Assembly: GCA_964491475.1 (NCBI GenBank)
Contig: CAZBFO010000003.1
Location: 8,766 to 72,765 of the forward strand
DNA: 64,000 nucleotides
Source of the DNA: an uncultured Gammaproteobacteria bacterium
GTDB taxonomy: Bacteria > Patescibacteriota > Patescibacteriia > SG8-24
Reading direction: 5' to 3'
Numbering within the stretch: position 1 is the stretch's first letter; each line of letters begins with the position of its first letter. This document shows, in pieces, positions 1 through 9,484 of the stretch. The position numbers and the translations under genes are program-made. The notes beneath the pieces were generated by a model that was not told where the DNA came from, did not search any database, and worked only from the letters and a program-made list of their open reading frames with translations.

Positions 1-204
1 CTCCCTCCGCACCTCAAAGCGATTGAGCTTGAAGGCGGGTCGATTCGTCTGGGCTTCTCCTACTCGCTCAAGTATCTTTTTTACATGACGCTGACCGGAG
101 ACGATCGGGCGTTTGCCTGCTGTGAGCACTTGGTCGGCCTGTTGGGTACGACCGTTCCGCTCGGCATGGACGACCGAGGTCGTTGGTTGATTCCCGTCAT
201 CTAG
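1..204 (+). CDS. 3' end of a hypothetical protein (truncated by window start)
   Basis: Frame 1 is open from base 1 (LPPHLKAIELEGGSIRLGFS...WLIPVI) to TAG at 202-204 and is followed by a hairpin. Confidence 0.55.
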   Translation, partial: LPPHLKAIELEGGSIRLGFSYSLKYLFYMTLTGDDRAFACCEHLVGLLGTTVPLGMDDRGRWLIPVI

Positions 205-209
205 TCGGC

Positions 210-242
210 ATCCTCCGTCATTTGACGGGGGATTTTCTTTTC
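210..242 (+). terminator. Intrinsic terminator
   Basis: ATCCTCCGTCA/TGACGGGGGAT stem followed by a T-rich run. Confidence 0.6.
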
Positions 243-277
243 ATGCCGCAAATCACCCTGCCGCTTACTTATTTATA

Positions 278-300
278 AAGAGGGCTTCGAGCCCTCTTTT
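278..300 (-). terminator. Hairpin terminator after pth
   Basis: AAGAGGGCT-TCG-AGCCCTCTT-type inverted repeat at the pth stop. Confidence 0.55.
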
Positions 301-868
301 ACTTCCCGTAAGTATTTGCGGCAACGTCGAGGCCGTCGGTCAGAGTCGTTTCCAGCGCTTTCACGGCGTTTTCGACTGCCTTTTCCAGCTCGCCCTCCTC
401 ATCCTTGCCGAACTTCTCCAGGACGAAGTCCTCGGCCGGAACGGTCTTGGCCCGTTCGGTCCCGATGCCGATGCGGACGCGTGCCACGTCCGGCGTTCCC
501 AGCCGTTCGATGACGTTCTTGATGCCGTTGTGCCCGCCGGCCGATCCGGTTGCGCGAATGCGGATGTTGCCCAGCGGAATGTCGAGCTCGTCGTAGACCA
601 CGATGATGTCGGCGGGGGAGAGCTTCCAGAAGCCTGCGGCCACCGCCACCGCCTCGCCGGAAAGGTTCATGTACGTTTGGGGCAGCATCAGCGCCACCTT
701 CTCACTGCCGACGCGCCCTTCCGAAACCTCGGCATTGAACTTATTCTTCCAGCCGTCAAAAGCGTCGGCATGCAGGGTATGAAAAGCCCGAAGCGCACGG
801 AAGCCGGCATTATGCCGAGTCTTCTCGTATTGCGCTCCGGGATTTCCGAGTCCGACGATCAGTTTCAT
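299..868 (-). CDS. pth: Peptidyl-tRNA hydrolase
   Basis: MKLIVGLGNPG, TRHNAGF, PQTYMNLSG and GSAGGHNG motifs; ATG at 868 chosen. Confidence 0.97.
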   Translation of the reverse strand: MKLIVGLGNPGAQYEKTRHNAGFRALRAFHTLHADAFDGWKNKFNAEVSEGRVGSEKVALMLPQTYMNLSGEAVAVAAGFWKLSPADIIVVYDELDIPLGNIRIRATGSAGGHNGIKNVIERLGTPDVARVRIGIGTERAKTVPAEDFVLEKFGKDEEGELEKAVENAVKALETTLTDGLDVAANTYGK

Positions 869-926
869 ACGGGTGACCATCTTTGCCACAGTCTAGCATA
901 TTGAGCCCTTTCTAGAACGCGCCAAC

Positions 927-1043
927 CAAGAAAATTGTACGCGGGGGTGGCAGGGGCTGGGGACCCCGCGAGCGCGCAGTGTCGCCCGCAGGCGACCGAG
1001 CACTCGTGGGGTGAGCCCCTGACAGGCCCAGCGCAGTTTCTTG
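927..1043. repeat. Long imperfect GC-rich hairpin (REP/MITE-like element or ncRNA)
   Basis: Nested arms CAAGAAA/TTTCTTG, CAGGGGCT/AGCCCCTG, CCCCGCGAG/CTCGTGGGG, GTCGCC/GGCGAC. Confidence 0.5.
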
Positions 1044-1054
1044 ACAGCGCAACG

Positions 1055-2437
1055 TCAGTCGATCTCGCGAGCCAGTACGCGCAGCGGCGAGCCGGAGAAG
1101 TCGAAGTGTTCTCTCATGCGGTTTTCCACGAAGCGCAGGAAGCTGGGGTGCAGCGTCTCCTTGTCGTGGACCACCACCATGAAGGTGGGGGGCTTGGTGC
1201 CGACCTGCGTCATGCCGTACACCTTGGGGCGGTTGCCCTTCTTGCCGAAGCGGTCGCCGCCTTCGGCGAAGTGCGCGTGATGCTTCTTCTTGAGCAGGGC
1301 GATGAAGCCGTCCAGTTCCTCTTGAGGGATGACCTTTTCCCGCTTGGCGGCGATCTCGGTGACGTAACCGAGCAGGCGGTTGACGCGCGAGCCGGTGCGG
1401 GCGGCGATGAAGGCCACGGGCGCCCAAGAGAAGAAGGGGATCTGCCCGTAGACGTACTGGACGTAGTCCTCGGCCTTGCCGAGCTTGAGTCTCTCGGCCT
1501 CATCCCACTTGTTCACGACGATCAGGATGCCGCCGCTGAAGTCCTCGATCAGGCTGGCGAGCTTCTTTTCCTGCAGGTCGATGCCTTGGGTGGCGTCGAC
1601 CATCAGGATAGCCACGTCGGCCAGCTTGAGCTGCTCGATGCTCATGTGCACGCCGATCTTCTCGATGCCGGGCGCGACGCGCGACTTTTTGCGGATGCCG
1701 ACGGTGTCGATGACCAGGATGTTCTTCTTGTTGCCCTTCTCGTCTTCGTAGGTGAGCAAGGTGTCTTGCGGTTCCTTGGTGGTGTGGGCGACTTCGCTGA
1801 CGATGACGCGGTCCTCGCCGGCCAGGGCGTTCAGCAGCGACGACTTGCCGACGTTGGGTCGGCCGATGATGGCCACGCGCATGTCGATGGGCGGCATTTC
1901 CTTGCCGACGCGCTTTTCGGCCTCGAGCTTCTCATAGACCACGTCCAGCAGGTCGCCAACGCCGGTGCCGTTGGCGGCGGAGACGGGGTGCGGCGCGCCG
2001 AAGCCGAGCTTCAGCCATTCGGGATCTTCGGCAATGCGGCGCTTGCCCGGGTTGTCGGCCTTGTTGGCGACGAGAATCACGTCCTTCTTGGACTTCTGGA
2101 GGAATTTGGCGAAGGCGCGGTCCAAAGGGTTCAGTCCGGAAGGGGCGTCGATGAGGAAAAGGATGACGTCGGCCTTCTTCATGGCCAACTTGGCCTGGCG
2201 AGACAGGTTCTTGTCGGTGGCGGCCTCGGAAGTGAGGTCCAGGCCGGCGGTGTCGATCACCGTCATAATGGAGTCGCGCCAGTGGCAATGGCCGAACTTG
2301 ATGTCGCGGGTGGTGCCCGGTTCGGAGGAGGTTATGGCGACGCGCGTCTCGAGAAGACGGTTAAACAATGTCGATTTGCCGACATTCATGCGCCCGACGA
2401 TGGCGATTACCGGGGTGGCGGCGTGACGTTGGTCCAT
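1055..2437 (-). CDS. der: Ribosome biogenesis GTPase Der/EngA
   Basis: Two G domains (GRMNVGKST, DTAG, NKAD; GRPNVGKSS, DTVG, NKWD) and a C-terminal KH-like domain. Confidence 0.96.
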   Translation of the reverse strand: MDQRHAATPVIAIVGRMNVGKSTLFNRLLETRVAITSSEPGTTRDIKFGHCHWRDSIMTVIDTAGLDLTSEAATDKNLSRQAKLAMKKADVILFLIDAPSGLNPLDRAFAKFLQKSKKDVILVANKADNPGKRRIAEDPEWLKLGFGAPHPVSAANGTGVGDLLDVVYEKLEAEKRVGKEMPPIDMRVAIIGRPNVGKSSLLNALAGEDRVIVSEVAHTTKEPQDTLLTYEDEKGNKKNILVIDTVGIRKKSRVAPGIEKIGVHMSIEQLKLADVAILMVDATQGIDLQEKKLASLIEDFSGGILIVVNKWDEAERLKLGKAEDYVQYVYGQIPFFSWAPVAFIAARTGSRVNRLLGYVTEIAAKREKVIPQEELDGFIALLKKKHHAHFAEGGDRFGKKGNRPKVYGMTQVGTKPPTFMVVVHDKETLHPSFLRFVENRMREHFDFSGSPLRVLAREID

Positions 2438-2453
2438 ATTTCGGCCTTATTCC

Positions 2454-3914
2454 TTACAAGGCGTTCTTGCCGATAACGAAGACGAAATCTACCCCATTTG
2501 AGGCGTTTTCGGCAAGCCCCCCAGGGGGACCGGCCTTGGTCTTGCTGGCATTGGTGACGCTCTTGAGCTTGGCCAGTTCCAAGCCCTTCTTGCCCTGGGT
2601 CAAATCAAAGATGACCGAGTCGGAATAGTCAAAGGAATCAGCGTTGCCGATTTTCACGATCTGAAAGCCGTCGGCGATGAGTTTCTTTCCGAATGTTTGC
2701 GCTTGGCCCGGCGTGCCGCTGCCGTTCTGGATTTCCACGCGCGGTTTTTCGGCGGGTTTGGCGGGGGCGTTGGTCCTGTCGTTCGTCGTGGAAGAGGCGA
2801 CCACGGATGGTGCCGGTTCGGGCGGGACGTCGGTGGTGCCAAGGCGGAAGACGTCGGCGGCGAGCGTGCGCAATCCGCCCCAGTCGTCGTTGCGCGGCAC
2901 CAGCACGTAGGCGCCTCCGTAGGCGCTCTCGGCAAGCGGGGAGTCGGGACCGGCATCGACCACCTTGTGCACGATGTCGGCCGGCGTGATCTTTTGCGCC
3001 ACGCGAGCCAAACGCAGGATCTCGCCGATCTGCAGGTTGGTGGCGATGTTGGACTGCAACGCGGCCATGGTGTTAGTGACCGTGGTCGGGCTCTTGAAGG
3101 TGGAGGCGGTCAGCAGCTTGTCCTTGAGCGCCGAAAGTACCTTCTGCTGGCGGGCGGCGCGGGCGAAGTCCGAACCTTCGCCGTTGTTGCCGTGGCGGGA
3201 ACGGGTGAACTTGAGCGCTTCCTCGCCAGTCATGTGCGTCCAGCCTTTCTTGAACGAGACGACTTGGACCCCGTAATCATTGGTCGGATAGGTGTAGTCG
3301 GTGAAGCTCTTGTCGACGCTCACGTCGATGCCGCCGACCGAATCGACCACGCTCTTGAATCCCGCAAAGTCGACGCGGACGTAGTAGGGGATGTCGATGC
3401 CTAGCAGCCCCTCGAGCGCGGTGCGCGCGAAGTCGGCGCCGTGTCCGCGCGAGTCCATCTCGCCGAAGGCGTTGGCGGCATTGATCTTGCGCCAGCCGTA
3501 CTTTGGCAGCGGTACCAGCAAGTCGCGGGGAATCGACAGGAGCGCGACCTTGTCGTTCTTCGGTTCGATGCTCGCCACCATGATGGTATCGGTCAGGTTG
3601 GGACCCTCGTGCCCCTCGCCGCCGGTACCCAGAAGCAGGATGTTGATGCGGTTGTCGCCTTCGCCCTGCAGTTGGCGGTCGGCGCTGCCGATGAGGTGGC
3701 GCATCTGTCCGAGCAGGGGGATGTCATCGAGACCGGACATGGCAAAGATGCCGGTTTGCGATTGCGATGCCCGGCCGTAACCGAAGCAGCCCACGAAGGC
3801 GACGAACAGGAACAGCGTCGATAAAAAAAACTTCACCGGCGAACGACCGGTGCGGGCGGGCTTATGAGGAGTGACTCCACTCGTGGACAGCAGGTCCACT
3901 TTCACGGATTGCAT
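2454..3914 (-). CDS. LCP (LytR-CpsA-Psr) family protein with C-terminal LytR_C domain
   Basis: N-terminal TM; NILLLG, TDTIMVAS, LSIPRDL, RSRH, SDFARAARQQ; C-terminal VEIQNGSGTPG. Confidence 0.92.
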   Translation of the reverse strand: MQSVKVDLLSTSGVTPHKPARTGRSPVKFFLSTLFLFVAFVGCFGYGRASQSQTGIFAMSGLDDIPLLGQMRHLIGSADRQLQGEGDNRINILLLGTGGEGHEGPNLTDTIMVASIEPKNDKVALLSIPRDLLVPLPKYGWRKINAANAFGEMDSRGHGADFARTALEGLLGIDIPYYVRVDFAGFKSVVDSVGGIDVSVDKSFTDYTYPTNDYGVQVVSFKKGWTHMTGEEALKFTRSRHGNNGEGSDFARAARQQKVLSALKDKLLTASTFKSPTTVTNTMAALQSNIATNLQIGEILRLARVAQKITPADIVHKVVDAGPDSPLAESAYGGAYVLVPRNDDWGGLRTLAADVFRLGTTDVPPEPAPSVVASSTTNDRTNAPAKPAEKPRVEIQNGSGTPGQAQTFGKKLIADGFQIVKIGNADSFDYSDSVIFDLTQGKKGLELAKLKSVTNASKTKAGPPGGLAENASNGVDFVFVIGKNAL

Positions 3915-4039
3915 GCCCTCATCTTACGCAAAAAGGAAGAAACCGCAAGGCCGTTACTGTCCACTACCTGCGCGGATTTGCACATTGACAGAATTGTGCT
4001 ACCTTTGCTGTACTATGCGCCTAGAAGTGCGCAAATTAG

Positions 4040-4116
4040 GGACGTTTAGCTCAGCTGGTTAGAGCGCTGTCCTCACACGACAGAGGTCGGTGGTTCGATC
4101 CCACCAACGTCCACCA
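4040..4116 (+). tRNA. tRNA-Val(CAC)
   Basis: GGACGTT/AACGTCC acceptor stem, TAGCTCAGCTGGTTAGAGC D arm, CTGTC-CTCACAC-GACAG anticodon arm, GGTTCGATCC T arm, encoded CCA. Confidence 0.96.
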
Positions 4117-4176
4117 CCGAACTTCACGGAACTTCCACGAAACTTCGAGGAGAGGCACATTTTTCCATACATTTCC

Positions 4177-4830
4177 ATGCCTGAAACCATGCCGTCGGCT
4201 GACGAGCCGAAGATGCCCGAAGTGCAGCCAACCGTCGTAGACTCTCCCGATGCGTCCAAGTCCCCCTCGCTCTTTTCACGCATTTTCGCATTTGGAGGCG
4301 AACTGCTGCATGTGGTGGTCATCTCATTGGCCATCATCCTTCCGGTCCGCTACTTCCTGATTCAGCCTTTCTACGTGAAAGGCGCATCAATGGAGCCGAA
4401 TTTTTTCGACCACGAGTACCTCATCATCGATGAGATCGGCTACCGGATGCACGATCCGGCCCGCGGAGACATCGTCGTTTTCCGCTACCCGAACGATCCT
4501 CGCCAGTTCTTCATCAAGCGCGTCATCGGCTTGCCGGGGGAGCGGGTGAAGGTCGGCGGCGGCAAGGTCACCGTCTTCAATCAGGAATACCCGGCAGGCA
4601 AGCCGCTCGACGAGACTTCCTACCTGGGAGAGTTGACGACGAACGGCGAACGTGATACCAAGCTCGGCCCGGACGAATACTTCCTGATGGGCGACAATCG
4701 GCCGGCCAGCCTCGATTCACGCGTTTTCGGCTCCGTGCCGCGGTCGTTCATCGTCGGCCGCGTCTGGCTCCGCGGATGGCCGCCCGAGAAGATGAAAGTC
4801 TTTTCCGACAGCCCCGTAGCCCTCCCCTAA
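4177..4830 (+). CDS. lepB: Signal peptidase I
   Basis: TM then GASMEP (Ser), RGDIVVF, FIKRVIGLPG (Lys), GDNR..S.DSR; start moved downstream of the tRNA. Confidence 0.95.
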   Translation: MPETMPSADEPKMPEVQPTVVDSPDASKSPSLFSRIFAFGGELLHVVVISLAIILPVRYFLIQPFYVKGASMEPNFFDHEYLIIDEIGYRMHDPARGDIVVFRYPNDPRQFFIKRVIGLPGERVKVGGGKVTVFNQEYPAGKPLDETSYLGELTTNGERDTKLGPDEYFLMGDNRPASLDSRVFGSVPRSFIVGRVWLRGWPPEKMKVFSDSPVALP

Positions 4831-4856
4831 AAGTTCAACTCTCATAAGCAACGAGT

Positions 4857-6272
4857 ATGCCAGCAACCAAAACGAAAAAGCCGGCCGCCGCCAAGTCGAA
4901 GGGTCCTTCCTTCACCAAGGCTTCCGACGGCAAGCCTTCCGCCAAGCGCCAGTCGCAAGGTCTCGATCCGGCCGCGCAGAAGCCGGTGTCCACCAAGGGT
5001 ACGCCGCAGACTCCACGCGGCATGCGCGACATCGTCCCCAGCGAGCAGAAGTACTGGAGGCACATCTACCGCAAGGCCGAGGAACTGACCGCGGCCTACG
5101 GCTTCGAGCGCCTCGACACGCCCATCCTCGAGGAGACTTCGCTGTTCGTGCGCTCCGCCGGCAAGCAGAGCGACGTGGTCGAGAAGGAAATGTTCTCGTT
5201 CATCGACAAGGGCGGCGACAACGTCACCCTGCGCCCCGAAGGCACCGCTCCGATGGTCCGCGCCTACGTCAACCATGGCATGGTCAACCTGCCGCAGCCG
5301 GTAAAGATGTACTACTGGGGTCCGATGTTCCGCTACGAGCGTCCGCAGCACGGCCGCTTCCGCCAGCACCACCAGTTCGGCGTGGAGGTGTTCGGCGATG
5401 CCAGCCCCGTGCAGGACTGCGAGGTGATCCTGCTCGCGTACCTGTTCTACAAGGAGCTGGGCATCAAGACCGCCATCCACATCAACAGCCTCGGTTGCTC
5501 CGGTTGCCGTGCCACCTACGCCACCGAGCTGGCCAACTACTACCGCACCAAGCGCAACCAGATTTGCGAGGACTGCAAGCGCCGCCTGGCCAAGAGCCCG
5601 CTCCGTCTGCTCGACTGCAAAGAGGCCGGCTGCCAGCCCGTCAAGGAAGGCGCGCCGCACATCGTCGACTTCCTCGACGAGGAGTGCAAGAACCACCTGA
5701 TGCGCGTGCTGGAGTACTTGGATGACCTGCAGGTGCCGTACGTGCTGAACCCGCACCTCGTTCGCGGCTTCGACTACTACACCCGCACGGTGTTCGAGAT
5801 CATGCTGGCCGAAGAGAATCCCGAGCAGTCGCAGATCGCGCTCGGCGGGGGAGGCCGGTACGACACGCTCGTGGAGCAGCTCGGCGGCCGCCCCACTCCT
5901 GCCTGCGGCTTCGGCATCGGCGTGGAACGCGTCATTCTCCAGCTGAAGGCGCAGCAGATCGAGCCCAAGGACGATCGTCGCCCGGACATCTTTCTTGCCC
6001 AGCTCGGCGACGCCGCCCGCCGCAAGGCCTTCATGCTGTTCGAGGACCTGCGCGCTTCCGGCGTGCACGCCTCGGCCAACTTCTCCAAGGGCGCGTTGAA
6101 GGGACAACTCGAAATCGCCAACCGCCTCGGTGCCAAGTACACCGTGATCCTCGGTCAAAAAGAGGTCATCGACGGCACCGTCCTCATCCGCGACATGGAG
6201 TCGGGCATGCAGGAGATCGTGCTGTACGACAAGGCCGGTTCGGAGATCAAGAAGAAGCTCGGCAAAGTCTAG
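4857..6272 (+). CDS. hisS: Histidine--tRNA ligase
   Basis: PRGMRD, LRPEGTA, FRYERPQ.GRFRQHHQ, LVRGFDYY, GGGRYD and anticodon-binding domain. Confidence 0.97.
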   Translation: MPATKTKKPAAAKSKGPSFTKASDGKPSAKRQSQGLDPAAQKPVSTKGTPQTPRGMRDIVPSEQKYWRHIYRKAEELTAAYGFERLDTPILEETSLFVRSAGKQSDVVEKEMFSFIDKGGDNVTLRPEGTAPMVRAYVNHGMVNLPQPVKMYYWGPMFRYERPQHGRFRQHHQFGVEVFGDASPVQDCEVILLAYLFYKELGIKTAIHINSLGCSGCRATYATELANYYRTKRNQICEDCKRRLAKSPLRLLDCKEAGCQPVKEGAPHIVDFLDEECKNHLMRVLEYLDDLQVPYVLNPHLVRGFDYYTRTVFEIMLAEENPEQSQIALGGGGRYDTLVEQLGGRPTPACGFGIGVERVILQLKAQQIEPKDDRRPDIFLAQLGDAARRKAFMLFEDLRASGVHASANFSKGALKGQLEIANRLGAKYTVILGQKEVIDGTVLIRDMESGMQEIVLYDKAGSEIKKKLGKV

Positions 6273-6278
6273 CCGAAG

Positions 6279-6328
6279 CGCAGGAACGCAAAACGCCCTG
6301 GTTTCTCGGGGCGTTTTGCGTTCCTGCG
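6279..6328. terminator. 20-bp perfect inverted repeat between convergent hisS and Fic genes
   Basis: CGCAGGAACGCAAAACGCCC / GGGCGTTTTGCGTTCCTGCG. Confidence 0.7.
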
Positions 6329-6361
6329 GGGTCAGATTGCGCTTGCCAGCAGACTTCGTTC

Positions 6362-7816
6362 TCAGTCATTGAGGCCGTTGATGTTCATCAGGGCGTCGTA
6401 CAGTATTTTGCGGTTTTCAGGAAGTGACGCCTTTCCGTAGTACCCCGGCTCGTTGGCGATCTTGTATTGTTCGTGGCCGACGACGGCGATGGCCACGGGG
6501 TTGTAACCGACGATTTTGGCAAGATTCTTGTAGTAGTCCTTTTCGCGCGTCTTGGGCGGTTCGACGCCCTTCTTGGCCATCAGCAGTTCCAGGAACAGGA
6601 GAGACGTGCTCCCGTTGCGGTCGCCGAAGGGGTGCATGTCGAGCAGGTCATTGTGCAGTTTCGCGGCTTCGATTTCGTAGCGCATTTTGGAGGTGTTCTC
6701 CACGATGCTCTTATCGAACAGGTCGTTGGCCCGATCGATCATCTTCTCCATCTCTGGCCGCACGTCGTCGCTAAGGAGCCCGAGGCGCCTGTTGAAGGTC
6801 ACCACCATGTTCGGATCCTCGCGCAGCTTCGAGAACTCCTTGGGCACGATGCCCTTGTTGTTGAGCGCGTGCAGTTCCTCGATCATCGACAGCTCGATGG
6901 TGGGCGCGTCCGCCATCTTCTTGATGGCATCGGCAACGGCTTCACGATTGCTTTCCTTGAGCTGCTCCAATTCTTCGCGCGTGCGGCCGTACAGCTCCTT
7001 CGTGGTGTTCTCGATGCTTTGCGCCGAACCCGATTGCAGCCTGTGCGCCACCATTTCGTCTTCGATGAAATCGCTGAATTGGTCGAAGATTTCCGCGAAG
7101 GCCTTGTTGACCTCGGGTTTGAGCTGACCGCTGCGTTTCACCGAAGAAAGCTGGTTGAAACGGTTGTAAATGTTGCGCCAAGTGGTCTCGCTGCCTTGCT
7201 GGCTGCGGGGTATCTGCTTGGAGAGCGCGTTCAGCGTGCCCATGATTTCTGACAGTTCGCCCTTGAGTTTTTCCGGATCGGCGCCTTCGAGTTCAAGGTC
7301 CTGTCCCAGCGAGTCGATGTTCCTGAACGCCTGGCCCACGAGCTGTTCTTGGATGCCTTTTTCCATCGCCTCGGCGATGTTGGCACGCGAAGCGTCCAGC
7401 TTGCTGTTCTTCGCGCCAAGGTACATGACCGCGAGCTTGTCGCGATCGGCCGCGGAGACGCCTTCCAGCTTCACGCCGTAGGCCGAAGCCAGCGTATTGA
7501 GCTCGGCCGAAAACGCCTCGTCCTCAAGCATCGCGGGATCGTAGGCGGCGATGATTTCGAGCGATGCCTGCGCGTCCAAGCCCTTGGCATGCAACGCGTC
7601 GAGCAGCGGCCGGCGTTCCTTCTTTTCACGCTCGCGTTTTGCCTCGGGAGTCTCTCGACGATCGGGCCCACCCTCGCCCTTTTCGACGGTCTCCGGGATA
7701 TCCGCATCCGAGATTTCTTCCTCCTCGTCAAAAGAAACGTCAATCGAGCCGTCATCGGGCATCGCCGGCGGCTCCTTATCGCCCGGAGGCACATATTGTC
7801 GCATTTCCGGACCCAT
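6362..7816 (-). CDS. Fic/DOC-domain protein with non-canonical active-site motif
   Basis: C-terminal LHNDLLDMHPFGDRNGSTSLL and IEELHAL helix; acidic and helical N-terminal region. Confidence 0.8.
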   Translation of the reverse strand: MGPEMRQYVPPGDKEPPAMPDDGSIDVSFDEEEEISDADIPETVEKGEGGPDRRETPEAKREREKKERRPLLDALHAKGLDAQASLEIIAAYDPAMLEDEAFSAELNTLASAYGVKLEGVSAADRDKLAVMYLGAKNSKLDASRANIAEAMEKGIQEQLVGQAFRNIDSLGQDLELEGADPEKLKGELSEIMGTLNALSKQIPRSQQGSETTWRNIYNRFNQLSSVKRSGQLKPEVNKAFAEIFDQFSDFIEDEMVAHRLQSGSAQSIENTTKELYGRTREELEQLKESNREAVADAIKKMADAPTIELSMIEELHALNNKGIVPKEFSKLREDPNMVVTFNRRLGLLSDDVRPEMEKMIDRANDLFDKSIVENTSKMRYEIEAAKLHNDLLDMHPFGDRNGSTSLLFLELLMAKKGVEPPKTREKDYYKNLAKIVGYNPVAIAVVGHEQYKIANEPGYYGKASLPENRKILYDALMNINGLND

Positions 7817-7826
7817 GGAGGCGGTG

Positions 7827-8105
7827 CTAATGTCGCAGTCCGAGCGACTTGCGGACTTCCTCGGCCGCGTCCTCGTCCCGCTCTTCGGACTCGTTGCGGA
7901 TCGGATCGCGGATGCCCAAGGTAATCTCGGGGTACTGTTTGACCAGGTCCATCATCGACTCAGGCGGCACTTCGTTCGGAAACTGCTGCGTCAGTCGCAC
8001 CGCTTCCTTGGCGAGACCTCGGATGCGTTCAATCGGGACGTTTCCCTTTTCGAGCTCCTTGGCTATTTCGTCCAAGAGCGTTTTTTGCAGATCGTACGTT
8101 TTCAT
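7827..8105 (-). CDS. Small helical hypothetical protein upstream of Fic
   Basis: ORF 10 nt before the Fic start; TATAAT upstream overlaps the alternative ATG at 8141. Confidence 0.65.
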   Translation of the reverse strand: MKTYDLQKTLLDEIAKELEKGNVPIERIRGLAKEAVRLTQQFPNEVPPESMMDLVKQYPEITLGIRDPIRNESEERDEDAAEEVRKSLGLRH

Positions 8106-8195
8106 ACGGTCTCGAAAATCCGAGTCTTCATAAGACTGCATTATACCATTTTTAAGCCTAAAAGAAAAGGGCGCATGAAGCGCCCCTTATCGGTA

Positions 8196-9035
8196 TCAAG
8201 CTGCAAAGGCAAGACGTCGTATCGCATCTCCTTCTTTCACGACGAGCTGTTTTTCGTCATAGTCGCCGCCGATGCTGACGAAGCGCGTCGCACCCTTTTT
8301 GGCATCGCCGCTCATGTGGATGTGTCCGCTGACGACCAGGCTGTGCGGAGCGATGCGACGGATCGTATCGCCCAGGCGCTCGCTGCCGAGGAAGGCGTTC
8401 AGGAAACGCCAGACCTTTGGAACGAGGAAGCGAGGCCATTTCAGTAGGCACTTCGTCGGCACGTGATGCGTGAGAACGACGGTTTCGCGCGTGCCGGCGA
8501 TTTGCCGCAGCTGGCGTTCCAGACGAGATCGTTGCCATTCGGCAACTTCCTCGTCGCTGCAGCCCCAGTCCGCGTGAATCGCGTCTCCCCATATGGCCGA
8601 CTCGGGTCCGGGATAGACCTTCTTTCGGTACGCTTCCGCCGGAACGCCGATACCCTCGTCGCGAAAGGAAAGGTCGTACCATCCCATGGCGCCGGCAAAG
8701 CCGACGTCATTGACGATAAACGGCTCTTCCTCGAGCGGGTGAAAACCGGCTGCCTTGAAGAGGGAGGGGAGACCTCGGTAACGCTCGAGAGCATTACGTT
8801 GATCCTCCTTCCATACGTCATGGTTGCCGGCGATGGCAGCTCGTTTGCCTGGAAACGAGGCAAACAGGGACAAGCAGCTTGTGATGCTATCGTCATCGGT
8901 GGCAAGATCGCCACCGAGCAGGAGGACGTCGTTCTCTCGGCCGCGGGCACATACGTGGGCTGCCAGCGCCTGTACGGACCGGTTGCCGCGCTCACCGACC
9001 CCGAAATGGAGGTCACTTGCCATGAAAACCTTCAT
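8196..9035 (-). CDS. Calcineurin-like metallophosphoesterase
   Basis: SDLH, GGD, AGNHD, THHVP and SGHIH motifs. Confidence 0.9.
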   Translation of the reverse strand: MKVFMASDLHFGVGERGNRSVQALAAHVCARGRENDVLLLGGDLATDDDSITSCLSLFASFPGKRAAIAGNHDVWKEDQRNALERYRGLPSLFKAAGFHPLEEEPFIVNDVGFAGAMGWYDLSFRDEGIGVPAEAYRKKVYPGPESAIWGDAIHADWGCSDEEVAEWQRSRLERQLRQIAGTRETVVLTHHVPTKCLLKWPRFLVPKVWRFLNAFLGSERLGDTIRRIAPHSLVVSGHIHMSGDAKKGATRFVSIGGDYDEKQLVVKEGDAIRRLAFAA

Positions 9036-9081
9036 TTTTAGCTCCCAGAGAACAGTGTGTGTCCCTTTATTGGGACACGAA

Positions 9082-9110
9082 ATCGTACCTTAAAAAGGCC
9101 GTTTTGTCAA
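9082..9110 (-). promoter_or_regulatory. Sigma70 promoter, conserved-spacer class
   Basis: TTGACA-AAACGGCCTTTTTAAGG-TACGAT (17-nt spacer). Confidence 0.7.
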
Positions 9111-9220
9111 TCCTGTCGCTTGGTATTCGGGACATTTGACGCCCTAGCCTTAATTGAGTACGATGCATCTACGGAAGTATCCCCACGCGCCGCAGGCGCA
9201 AAGAAAGAGAGGTGACTATT

Positions 9221-9472
9221 GTGGCTGAAGTGAAACGAAAGAAAGGTGAAAGCTTTGAGAGCCTTCTGCGCCGGTTTAGCCGGAAAGTGCAGGACAGCGG
9301 CAAGCTTCTTCAGAAAAAGAAGATTCGGTACCACTCGCGCGACAAGTCCAAGACCGCAGTGCGAGCCGCAGCCCTTCGTCGCGAATATCTGCGCGCCAAG
9401 CGCGATTTCTTGATCAAGTCTGGTCAGGCAACCGAAGAAGATTTCCGCCCGAAGCGCGGAGGTCGCCGTTAA
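9221..9472 (+). CDS. rpsU: 30S ribosomal protein bS21
   Basis: EVKRKKGESFESLLRRF...; GAGGTGA SD before GTG; adjacent to yqeY. Confidence 0.88.
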   Translation: MAEVKRKKGESFESLLRRFSRKVQDSGKLLQKKKIRYHSRDKSKTAVRAAALRREYLRAKRDFLIKSGQATEEDFRPKRGGRR

Positions 9473-9484
9473 ACCCGTACCGCG

